DNA of 64,000 nucleotides from Lytechinus pictus (Eukaryota). A program made the position numbers and the translations under genes. Each line of letters begins with the position of its first letter. Position 1 is the first letter of the stretch. This document shows positions 13,307 to 26,100 of the stretch, piece by piece. The stretch spans positions 12,400,001-12,464,000 of the forward strand of contig NC_087246.1 of NCBI RefSeq assembly GCF_037042905.1, written 5' to 3'. The notes under the pieces were generated by a model, which had not been told where the DNA came from, searched no databases, and was given only the letters and a program-made list of their open reading frames with translations.

Positions 13307-14121
13307 ATGGCGCGATCCACAAAAGTACGCACAGTGGTGACTGTATTTGTAACAGCCACCATCACATATATGTTAATGCACTCAAACTGTGGAGATAAGA
13401 CAGAGAATGTACGAATGGTGCCCGTAGAACCTCATGTCCTCTATGACGATGCAAACAACGAATACACATACCACCGAGAAATGCCTCTTATATTCATCGG
13501 CGGGATGCCACGGAGTGGCACGACACTCATGCGTGCAATGTTAGATGCCCACGATGATGTGCGGTGCGGGGAAGAGACCCGTGTTATACCGCGGATACTG
13601 AGCATGCGAGCTCAGTGGATACGCTCTTCCAAAGAACATGCGAGACTGCTTGAGGCCGGACTCACAGACAATGTCGTCGACGATGCCATCTCGGCGTTCA
13701 TGCTTGAAATCATTGCCAAGCACGGGAATCCAGCCCCACGGTTATGCAATAAAGACCCATTTGTCCTCAAATCTATGTTATACCTTCATAAAGTGTTTCC
13801 AAATGGGAAGTATCTTCTGATGATACGAGATGGACGAGCCACCGTGCACTCCATCATCTCACGGAAAGTGACGATAACGGGATTCGACATCACAAACTAT
13901 CGGGATTGCTTGAAGAAGTGGAATCAGGCAGTTGAGAGCATGTATGACCAGTGCATGAGAGTAGGAAAGCAATACTGTCTACCAGTCTACTATGAACAGC
14001 TTGTTCTACACCCAAAGGAATGGATGGAGAAGATACTAACGTTCTTGGATCTACCCTGGGATGAGGCAGTCTTGCATCATGAGGAACACATAGGAAAACC
14101 TGGTGGAATCTCATTGTCAAG
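13307..14121 (+). CDS. TPST: TPST coding exon 1 (TM anchor and most of the sulfotransferase domain)
   Basis: ATG in ACAATGG context at 13307 (in-frame upstream ATG at 13268); ends AG|GTAACAG with donor at 14122. Confidence 0.95.
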
Positions 14122-17100
14122 GTAACAGTATACTTTCAATTATTTTCCAAGAGAGGGGAGGGAGGGGGGGTGTTGGCAGGAGTGCACTTGCAGCATGTCC
14201 TGAAGAAAACACAGATTGCTTACTAAAGTAAGTAGAGGGTACTAGGAAGGGATCCTCTTTCTATTGAGAAGGAATTTAGTCCATTCTATGGATTCCAATG
14301 ATATACATGCCAACTGTTGGGGGAGAGATATATTACTATTTTAATCTTTATGTTCATATTTCTTTAAAAATGTTATTTCAGTATTGAAGAGGTAGTATAA
14401 GAATGTTCCTATTTCTGGAAATTACACTGACGAGGATCCAATAAGGATTGTTCTTTCAAATTAGCGATAAATTGCTAAGGGCCCCATGTCTTTAGAAGAA
14501 TTCAGATAGTAGCAGTTATAACACTAAAAAACATCTTGTTACCATCTGCTTGCATCTTGTTGTCATGGTCATAGGATTGCCTTCATATATAACTAAAGAA
14601 AAGATAAAGGGTTGGAAGGGAATGATGTATTGAGGATACTTTTTCAGACCCATTTAGAACATGAAAGCATTATGTTTTTGTGGTAATATGGTGTTTTCAT
14701 TTTCTCACCAAAGTAAGGAAGGATGCTACATAATGTGGATATGTCATGAACATTATTCACTGTTAATAAGCATTTCATTATCATCCAACTCCTCCTACAA
14801 TGGACTCCTTTTGAGAATTCATTGGTTACTTGTTGTCTTGTCAAGTTTAAAAGCTTGGAAATAAAACTTGAAAGTTATAGGAATTCCATTTTTAATGTAA
14901 TTGTAGAGGTACCGAACTACCGATTATACATTTAGTGATCATGCCGTTGTCAAAGTAACAAAGTACTAGCCAATTGTTCAAAGAGCATTGACAGATGAAG
15001 GGAGGGTGAGAAGTCAGGTTGCTTTATTTCGCTTTTTATTCAGAAAAGCAAGTAGTAAAAACTGTGAAAAAGAGGAATAAAAAAAGGGATGGAATTTGTG
15101 TGAAGGATATATCTTGGAGGAGAGACCTGCGGGTCATAGTGATTCAGTTCGCTTTTCGCCTCCCAGGCACAGGTGACGCCAAACAAATAATAATAATAAG
15201 AAACTGGATAGTCTTCTCATTAAAACAAGACATGACATTTTTTTTGTCTTGAATTGTACTAAGTGTCATTGAAGGTGCTCATGTGATAAGCTGAAGTACA
15301 AAAAATTGCACCAATAGCCCAGCACAAGTAAAAAAATGTACATTGTTAAGCCATCGGGATCGGGGTGCCTTATTTCTGTGACAATAAAAGTGACAGGTTA
15401 TATTCAGAATACTGGCCCTGTAGGGGGTTTCACAAATACTTCAAGTTGCTCTCAAATTCCATGTTGTGTGAAGAAAGTGACACATCACCACAGTTGCCGT
15501 ATAGGGAACTTGTATTTTAATAAGATTATGCTTGAAATATTATGGCAAGCCAGAAGTTAATGCAACATTATGAAATTCATAGTTTTTCATGTGATAGGAA
15601 TGGAATGTAAACTTTTAGGATCACAATCTTTACCAAGAACTAGTAATCTTAAAATGATATCTATCATTTACAAAATCTTACCTCTTAAGATATCATATTC
15701 AAGTATTTTTGTCATTATTGTTATTGTATTGTTATGCAGCTTTATAACATTTTCTGTTTATTTTTCTTAAAGGAAAATGCATTTTCCCTCTTGTAAAGTT
15801 CATTAGGAGAAGGGAATTGTCCATTCAACTACACTAATATAGATCGGCTTACAAGGCAGTTAGCATTGTGTTGTAAAGTGAGCTTAGGAGGATGTCTTTT
15901 GAAGCAAAATTCAATTTACAGCTTGTGTCACGTTTGATCCCGAAGACACTTGACAGACAAATCCATATCGCAATTCAATTATACCAATCGGATTACATCA
16001 ATGATAGCACACGCTTCAAGAAGATCATGGATTAGAATTGAGTGAGAACCATGCACCCAATGGTTTGTTTAACCATCACGTTTGTAAAATCCAAACATTA
16101 TTGAATTAATGGCTGCTCTCTGTTCTCTGTCATGAGTATTGTAAAAGGCCAGAAAAGCGTTGCACAACTAGGTGCTGTAGGGTGCGCCTGTAATCCAAGC
16201 TATATGGGGAAGTTAGAAATTGATGCAGAGGTTCGAGGTTTGAGCCCCGGTCCACCTTTCGGATGGTGACGTTAAAGGTCATTCCCAGACGTAAATAATC
16301 ATACCTGATTGAGACACATCTGACAAAACTCAGTTAAGCACATGCATACATAGAGGCCGTTCTCATTACGCTTTCTAAAACTAGTTTACTGGAAACCGAT
16401 TCAGGCTTTGCTAGCGTTCCCACTTGATCACACGAAAGTGGTTTTCAAAATCACTTCACGTAAAGCGCTCTTGTTGCTATGGAAACGCTCTCAGTGGGGT
16501 GACATGTTTTGCGCGAAATTCAAAACCGCACCATAGGCATTCTACACCTGTCGTGTGGAGTAGCACGCTCAAAATGTGGGAAGATCGCTTCCCGAAGAAC
16601 GGTTGTGTCCTCACTTACGCTAAAACCAGTTTAACGAGGCAAAGCGATCTTGAAAACTACATCGCGAGGTGGTTTTCCAAACTGGTTTGGAAGATTGCTT
16701 CCAAGACCGCTTTGACCGTTCTCACTACGCGTTAAACTAGTTTCCACTAAACTAGTTTTAGGAACGTAGTGAGAACAGCCTCTTTTACACCTAAAGCAAT
16801 AAAAAAGAACTGAATGAAATGTTTATCAGCATGAGCATTTCTTTTAATGTGATACTCCTTTCTTGAATTTGTGCATGTGGGTTGGATGTGGATCAGATGC
16901 AGCTTGTTACAATTCATGAAAGGTTGAGGACCAAAATGATCCACATTTATCTGAGCGCTGCTTGCAGAAGGACTTGATCCACTCTCTGTCTCATCTTAGG
17001 ATTCATGAACAGGATTTTCAAATAATGCAGCTCTTCTACGGTCGATCGAAGGCACTCACAGGCACTGCACTGACTTGCCGTGATGATAAGCCACATTATT

Positions 17101-20100
17101 TCCTTGCTGCACCCTAAAAAAATAATGTCGACTATTTTTTAATCATGAACTCTGATCTGCATTCAGTCTGGACTTTTGAGGATGATTGAATGAAAGGGGT
17201 ATGAGAATGTTACCCAATCATTTTGAAAATTTTGGAGGCTTTTTATAATTTTGTGGGAAGTTGCAATCGTTGCGATCATGTGCAAAATATCTTGTATCCA
17301 AATGGTTGCAAACGGTCGCACGACTATCATCCTATTTGCAATTTGGGAAAATAGCTTTTAGGATTAGACTGTAGTGTATTAAGAGATACTTTATTCTTGA
17401 CAATTGGCTATGAATGTTAATTTAAAGAAAGAGTTTGTATCAAGCATTAGAAAGATGGATTTAGCTAGATCCAAATGTCTGTCGTCTTTCTGTCCGATCT
17501 TGAAGAATGTTTTAGAGATGTGAATATTTCATATTTGCACATTTGTAGCCAGGATTGATAACATATTTCCTATGTTTTTTTCATTCACTGGGCAAATTTT
17601 CTTGTATAACATCAAAGGTCAAATAAAGTAAAGTTAAATGTTGGTGATTAGTTTCTTCATTTATTAGTTCACACTTTCTTCCAGGTCTGATAAGTAGGGG
17701 AAGGCGGGGTAAGTTGAGCATAGGGGCAAGTTGAGCCACCGCCCCCAGGCCAATAATGAATTAGTTAGACATTATGGTGGTGTCATGTATTGATGACCCA
17801 TTACATAACCCTTAACCCCACCACATTGTTTTCAACTTTGAAACAAAAAGTACTTTTTTAGAGGGAAAATTACAAATTTCAGCCAAAAAAGTAAAAAAGG
17901 GTGTGAAATAGATATGTGTTTTTTACACACACACTTCTTTACATATAATAAAGCATATGAACAACATTGTCAGTCCAGGTATGGATCTTCATTCTTGTCA
18001 CAGTTTTTTACATGATGGATACATAAGAAATGTGTGGATGCGAAATTATCGCATTAAGTTCGGACTGGGGTGAGTTGAGCCAGCAAACATGGGGCAAGTT
18101 GAGCCATGGTAATTCTTATGGTAATGTAAATGAAAACGCAATCAAACCTTAAAAAGCCATCGATATGCAGGCAGAAAAGAGCAAATTCACATGACAGTTC
18201 TTTTACTTTTAGAGAATGTTAGTATTTTTAGAGAATTAGCAAGTGAAAAGACTTTAAATAAAAAATTGACATGCGGGTTCTTCCCGCATACATTTTGTAC
18301 ATAGTTTTTGTGGCTCAACTTACCCTCGAAGGTGGCACAACTTACCCCACAGATGGGGCAAGTTGTGCCACTTGACATCGTTTTTTTCAAAGGTCACAAC
18401 GACTTTCAGTGTGGGGGTAGAAAGTTGAATATAGGTGAAAAAGATTTCCCAATAATCATATTTAAAGGCAAGGTACTTATTTCTACAATATTATTAGTCA
18501 TATCAATTCTATCATGCAAAATGCAAAAAGTGTCACAACTTACCCCGCCTTCCCCTACCCTTTTAACTCCTAAGTTGCATTGTTTAATGCCCTTTTTTAG
18601 TGACATCAGTGTTACTATGGTGTTAGAAGACATTCTGGTCTTTCAGACGTTTTTTACTCTTTTGTGATTGCATTAGTGATACTTTTTTATATAAATCTGA
18701 TCTATATGTCGTGCTTAAAATATTTTTGATGATGGTAAGACTTAGGTACGCAAGCACTTCATCTACATTAATGGAATTTATAAAAAGGACTTTGAACATA
18801 TCAATCATTCTAGTTTTTCCGACAAAATACACTTTCACATGAGGTATCATCTAGAAGGAAAGGGGTTGCATATCTAAGAAAATAAAATTTGATGATAATT
18901 TTATCAGCCTTTATAGGATACATTCTTACCCGTGATTCTTCTTCAGAATTCTGCCTTTTGGAAGAATATTGAGCGCCTCAGAGAAATCTCTCCCCTCTTC
19001 CCCTTGATCAAGAGGTCAGAAGATAATATTTGGAGGAGAGAGCAACTTCGGTTGTAATTTGATTGGACCCAGTTGTTTTCACATAATGTGCAGCCTAAGA
19101 GGTGTGATGTGCCATTCACAGAGCAAGGCTGTAAAAATAAAATCAGACCAGCAGAGACTGTGCTATTCCTCAGGCAATAGTCTGAATGCAAGGGACTTTA
19201 AACTCATCTCTGCTTAGCTGTGCTTGACCGTTGTGTTGGCTCAGTTGGTAGAGCATCCGTCTCACAACTGGGAGGATGAGAGTTCAAACCCCCGCCGCGT
19301 CAGACCAAAAGACATAAGAAGATGGGAGATGCTGCTACCCTGTGTGGCGTTCAACATTTAGGGGATAGAGCCTCGTCGATCTGGCGCTGCAAAGTGGCTG
19401 CCGAGCCTACGATTAATTCAGCAAATGAATTTTCAGAATATTTCTATTCTCAGATTAAAATATGGATTTTCATTTTTTTTGTCAAATTTCAATTTCCAGT
19501 TCCATGTTGAAAATCTTAATAATGGATCGTAAGAGAAACTTAAGCATACAGCAATAATGTGCATCTTTCCCCCCTTTTTTTTTTGTTGTGTTCAAGTGCC
19601 CATATTTTATGATTGAGAAATAGAAATAAATTGGAAAATATGTATTTACAATCATGGGTCTGTTCAAACCATAGTTGCCAGAATAACTTTGTAAAAAAAT
19701 TCTCAATCATATATATAGTGTTTCTCTGCCCTGAATGGTTTTATTGGAACCACATGCATTACACTTGACCATTAATTGATCTTTTGTTTTTAAGGTCAAA
19801 CTCAACAGTGCCAAATTTCACCTCAAATCTCATCAACAGTAATTTGCATGAGCGCTCTTGCAGATGAGACATTACAATACACATTAATTAATACACAAAC
19901 ATTAATCAGGGTTCATGCTCAGATGAAAATTTGCATGAACGCAGCTTTGACTATGAGGTTAGAGCCTCGTTTGCATGGGATGTAGTGTGTTTTATCAGCA
20001 CTCATCCGAATGTTTGCTATCCATTAGAGAGAGTGATGAGAGGAATGACAGACAGATAGAGGTAGGGAGATGCAGTAAAAAAAGAGAAAGGAGAGAAAGG

Positions 20101-23100
20101 TAATGAACTGAAAATATTACCCAAGTTGGTATAGAGAGAGATGAAAGAAGACATGGACATTTTGTATTGATAAAATTAGACAGAGATGAGAGGTGAAAAA
20201 GAGCAAAGTGCCCCTTGTTCACATTCTGGAGCCAATTCAGTATGACTATGGATGCTCTAAGTGAATTTTGGAAACAGCGACGTGGTATTCAAGATTGCTC
20301 TCCTTTGTGAACCAGTACACCATCGTGTGTCAAGAATGCCGTTTAAAGAAGTGATCTTCACATGGAAATATTTGTATTGCGTTGTGCAGGAAATATGAAA
20401 TCAGTGAAACCATGGACCTATTACGAATGGACATTCAACGAATCCCCTCCTTTGACACAGAGACCGTCGCCGCTAATCCTTTTATAAACAAAGCGCTGGC
20501 AGCTGACACCCATCAAGCCGGTCGTAAAACATGCTCTCACTGATTGACAGCGGAAATCAATTGTACGCTGCTCCTACCCATTGCGATGTTGTTCGTTCAC
20601 TTTATCAAAAGCAACGCACAGCAGCGAACGTTAGCGCTATGAAAATGATAGCAGAAACAAGAAAACAGGCGTGCATAAACGTATTTTTTACGTACATCGC
20701 TAACAACCGGAAATGAAATGCATTGACATCACCTTGCAGATCCGTATATCTACGGCAAAAAAGCAGTTGAAATTCGACGAAAAAATCTGCGGAAAAACGT
20801 TAAAATCTCAGCTTTTTCGGACAGTATCGATGTCGATAGTAGCGCTTACCTTCGGTCAGAAGTTGATTTTCATTTGGGCATAAAATTCCACAGGATTGAT
20901 GAAATTTAACGGGATTTTTTTTGATGGACAGACGACAATCGCACATTATAGAGAGCCTAAAATAATGTACTGAAAAACCGGATATGAATTGCGCATTGCA
21001 TTCTAGGTAATGTAAGGACTTTCCCTATTGGCAATCGGGGCTACAACATGACCGTCTTTGGTCGAAAGAGGGCCAGTGATCGATCGGTGACGATCATCGG
21101 GCGAAAGGAGCTTGTGTAAACAATCACCCCGGGCGGTCGTTGTAAAAACCGCGTAAAGAGAAAGTTAAGGGTTAGACAGCAATTTTGACAGCTGGAAACA
21201 GGTGGTGGTCATAAAATGCTCTCGTTGAATGTCCATTCGTAATAGGTCCATGGTGAAACAAAGGTCTAGTTTAAAAGTTACGCATCAACCTTTGATCCCC
21301 ACTGGTGCTGAGAATGTTCCCTTAGCAACAAGATTAATTAAGCTTGCTGTCCAGTTGAAAGTGAACACTAACCAAGTAATTTCCTGAACTGGTTCGGTGC
21401 ATTTGTTCAGTGAAAACTGGTTCCCACAGAACCAATTCAGAGAGAGCTGGTTTCATAGTGACTGTGAACGAGGTCTCATACAGAGAAAGGAGAGGGAGAG
21501 ATAGAGAGGGAATTGGAAAGAGAAAGATAGCAAAGACATATGGAGGCTTAGACAGACATAAATTGGGGAATATGAAGAGGTGTGAGTAAATCATATCATC
21601 CATGTGAGGACTGATATGCACGATTCGATGGAATGGCGTTGAATGAGACTGAAAGTCTGAAACCCCATACTAGATATGTTATGACAAACGAGGATCATCC
21701 TTACCATTCATCAAAGCATCACTGATGAAACCTCATCTTGGTTGCCTTACATCAATGCTTGATGTTTACAATGTCAACAATGAGACTTCCAAGAAGGAAG
21801 AAAATAATGTATTGAATTTTAAAAAACAAGAGATGCCAAGTCAGCTCACTGCCTTCCTTCTGCAGTTCATAGTACAATACAGAAAATAAGCAGCAAAGAT
21901 ATACTACTATTTTAGTTTTGGAGACGTTAATACTTTTCCTTACGTATTTGCAAATTAAAATAGGCATATTTATCATAGAAAAGCTTGTGTTTATTGGGTC
22001 ACAACTAAGAAGTTTGAAATGAGATTTGAATAAATCCTAGAGAGGCAGGCAATGCATTTCAGTCAAATATCTAATCATATTGAAGACTACTGACAGGACA
22101 AATCATCAATCCACTCTCAATTTCAATCCCTTCTGGTTTATTTTTAGACGTGTTTGACAATGTTCTTGGGGGTGATGAGAATTGAGGCCTGGTAATTTCG
22201 CAAATTGGGCCTGGTGTCGGCAGTCTTAAGCATTATCCCCTGTGGAAACGTGAATGTTCGGTTGTCTCATTGCTCTTTGCCTTTGTTTTGACATTTGATG
22301 AGTGGTTTTTGACAACCAGAACTCAATGTGTTGCTTGGATGTGAACTAAAAAAAATATGTACATGACTAGATGAATGGTTTAGGATATATACTTTAACAA
22401 TTTGTGTCTAAGAATACCATGGAACTGTACTAGTTCCATGCCTTTGGAGATGTTCATATGGATAGGTCAGAATCATTTACTTTTTAAAGGCAGACATGAT
22501 ATCATAAACATCAATAACATTCTATCTAGAAGTCTTTAAGAATTTGAGATCTGACCATCCATATTTTCTTCTACAGTGTAGTTTTGAATGCAACAACTCC
22601 ACTCAACTCTGTCTTTTGCCATTTTAGCATTATGTAGTCTGCTCCAATTGATTCTGCCCCCCCCCCCCCCTGGGCGGGGGGGGGGGTACTCAAATTATAA
22701 CATGATACCTATGTGACACGCCAAAGGCCAAAGTCGGGGGCTTAGATCCTCTCCTCCATCATGTCATTTATATCATTGCAATCAACTGATTTGAAATATC
22801 AGTTGTTCTGCAGAATTGCCTTTCAAACTCATCATTTTCAGCAATATATTTTCATTTTTAAAGACATTTGATTTTAAAAGCGACCAATGATAGATTGAAA
22901 ACAGGCTCAGTTTGGATTTAATATCTGTGAGAAATATATTTCTATGGTGGAAAGGTGTTGATTAAATACAGCCTTTACCTTAACCCAGTGACTACTACAT
23001 TCTCCAATTAAGCTTAATTTTTGTTGAGAAATTCATCTGGTTTAACGTAAGGTTCACTGGTATAATGATGAAGGGGAAAAGCAATTATTACAATTGTTAA

Positions 23101-26100
23101 ATTCAATTTTCAAAGGTGCAATTTTGCATGTAAAAGTGGAGGGGGTGTCGCTTGAGGGTGTACCAGCAATAGTCATGTGAGAACTTGAATTACGGGACAG
23201 ATGAATGTGATTAGCAGAGAGACCAATGGATTACAATTAGCATGCATTAATATGTGCAGTGTAGACTGTTTCAAGGTAATAAAGTAGTTATTACTGTGTC
23301 ACTCTTATTTTATTTTGTTTCTCTCTACGCTTTCTTGTATCTTTTCTCTTCATCCCTTTTATTTTTTTATATTTTTCTCTGTAGATGCTTTAAATGCCCC
23401 TGTCTGCATCTTTTCCTTCTCTCATTTTTTTCTCCCTCCCCGTCTTCCATTTTTTATTGTATGTGTATGATTTCCATTAAGAAATGTTTCACATGCCTCC
23501 TTTTTTTCATCTTATTCCATTTCCCACTTGGTTCTAAATCTTTTGCCTTTTTTCTAACATCTCTGTTTATATCTTTTATCTCTCATTTGCTACCTTTCTA
23601 AGTTTTGCCCTTCCCTTTCTTGCTTTTATTCTATGGTTTAATTGCTCCTTGTTCTTATTATTTCTACCCCTATTAGTTATACATTCCCCTGTCATCTCCC
23701 TTACTCTCACCCCCTTACGTTCTCTCTCTCTATTTCTTTCTCCCTCTTTCTTTCACTCCTCACAATTCCTCACCATTTTATACAATAAACATCATCCACA
23801 AGTAGTTGGAGGGGCCATATCATGATGGAATTAACCACTCCTTGACCCCTTACTGTAAATATCCATTTAACACAGAGAATGTGTATGTATTCCAATGATA
23901 GTGATGTTGAGATGGGGCAATATCAGACTACAAATTAGCCTTATGCACGCTTGTCAGTATCTATCTGTGAATACGAAGGTCACCGATGATTGTTGAAATG
24001 TCATCGAGTGATTTTGTTTTTCATTCACTTGAGAAGGTCATGGAACGAACAAAGTACTGAATCCGGACATTGAAAAACATACTTAATTTTGAGGACTCAA
24101 GGTCCAATTCTCACACTTTAAGAATGATCTTTATTATTCTTATTTAAATTTCATAGTACTTTCAAAAGTATATTTTATAATATTTTTTTGAATAGTTAAA
24201 GGGTATTTGATAGTTACAGCCACAGTAGCAGAAGTCATGTATTTGATATGTAATTGTTCAGTACTAGTAGAAATTATAGAAGTGGCAATCATAGAAGATT
24301 TATAAATGATAATATTGGTCATGAAAGTAGTTGTAGTAGAAATGAACAAGGGCAAGTCAGCAACATCAACTGCAGTGGTTGAACATAGCAGAAACAGGAA
24401 CATTTAATGTAGTAGTAGAACAATTATCAGAGCAGAGGTAATAGAACTATGCATACACTTGCCAATTAATTGACAATAGAATGAAGGTTACAGTACATGT
24501 TATGCAGGCATCATTAATTTCCTGGTGGAAAATTGGTGAAATTAGACATGAGCTCATTAAATAGATTAATAATCATCTAACGTCTCATAGAGGAAGCAAA
24601 TGTGCACCATATTCTGATAAATATGAAATAAAATTCAATTGCCATTTGTACCCTGATTGCTTTGCTCATATCTAATTTTTTATCCAAATGTTGAATATTT
24701 CATTTCTTCTGTAAACCACCAAAATATACATCATTTTTGTCTCGCCTGCATAGCAGAGCGAGACTATAGGCGCCGCTTTTCCGACGGCGGCAACGGCGGC
24801 GGCGTCAACATCAAATCTTAACCTAAGGTTAAGTTTTTGAAATAACATCATAACTTAGAAAGTATATGGACCTAGTTCATGAAACTTGGACATAAGGTTA
24901 ATCAAGTATTACTGAACATCCTGCTTGAGTTTCAGGTCACATGACTAAGGTCAAAGGTCATTTAGGGTCAATGAACTTAGACCATGTTGGGAGAATTATT
25001 TTCAAAATCTTAACCGAAGGTTAAGTTTTTGAAATGACATCATAACTTAGAAAGTATATGGACCTAGTTCATGAAACTTGGGCATAAGGTTAATGAAGTA
25101 TTAGTAAACATCCTGCTCGAGTTTCAGGTTACATGACCAAGGTCAAAGGTCATTTAGGGTCAATTAACTTTGGTCAAGTTGGGGGTATTTGTTGAATTAC
25201 TATCACAACTTTGAAAATTTATCTAGTTAATGAAACTTGGACATAAGGTTAATCAAGTATTAGTGAACATCCTTCCTGATTTTCAGGTCACATGGCCAAG
25301 GTCAAAGGTCATTTAGGGTCAATGAACTTTGGCCAAGTTGGGGGTATTTGTTGAATTACCTTCATAACTTTAAAAATTTATGGATCTAGTTCATGAAACT
25401 TGGACATTAGTACCCCTTTCATAAACCCAATAAAACATATCCTCCAATTAGCCGCCTAAGAGTAATGCGGATAATTCAATAAAAATTACGTTCACAAACT
25501 CCATAAATTATTTTTACGAGCGCCTGTCCTGAAAAAGGCGGATAATCGTCATGACAACTGGACACGCCCCCTCCAATGTGGTTGTGTTGGAAAAGGGTGA
25601 CCTTGTGACCGCACCATGGCAATTATCCGCATTATTTGGAAATACGTTCATAAACTCAAAATCTTGTCCCGATGCCGCTATTATGCGGATAATAGCAGCA
25701 TCAGAATAATGCGGATAACTCTTGTCCTCCTCTGATTTTACAACCAAATTATGCTGCTATTAGCCGCATAATTGTGTTTTATTGGGTTTATGAAAGGGGT
25801 ATAGGTTAATCAAGTATTACTGAATATCCTGTGCGAGTTTCAGGTCACATGACCATGGTCAGTGGTCATTTAAGGTCAATGAACTTTGCCCGTGTTGGGG
25901 GTCTTTGTTAAATTACCATCCTAACTCTGAAGGTTTATGGATCTAGTTCATAAAACTTGGACATAAGAGTAATCGAGTATCACTGAACATCCTGTACGAG
26001 TTTCAGGTCACATGACCATGGTCAAAGGTCATTTAAGGTCAATGAACTTTGGCCGTGTTGGGGGTATTTGTTGAATTACCATCCTAACTCTGAAGTTTAT

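Noticed and set aside
13541-14120. Antisense and alternate-frame ORFs in TPST exon 1
   Set aside because: Shadows of the TPST coding frame.
16167-16350. Functional SRP 7SL RNA gene
   Set aside because: Similarity stops after about 80 nt; no recognisable S domain or 3' Alu strand.
19226-19300. Functional tRNA-Val gene
   Set aside because: Stems are degenerate and the sequence runs into a SINE-type body rather than a terminator.
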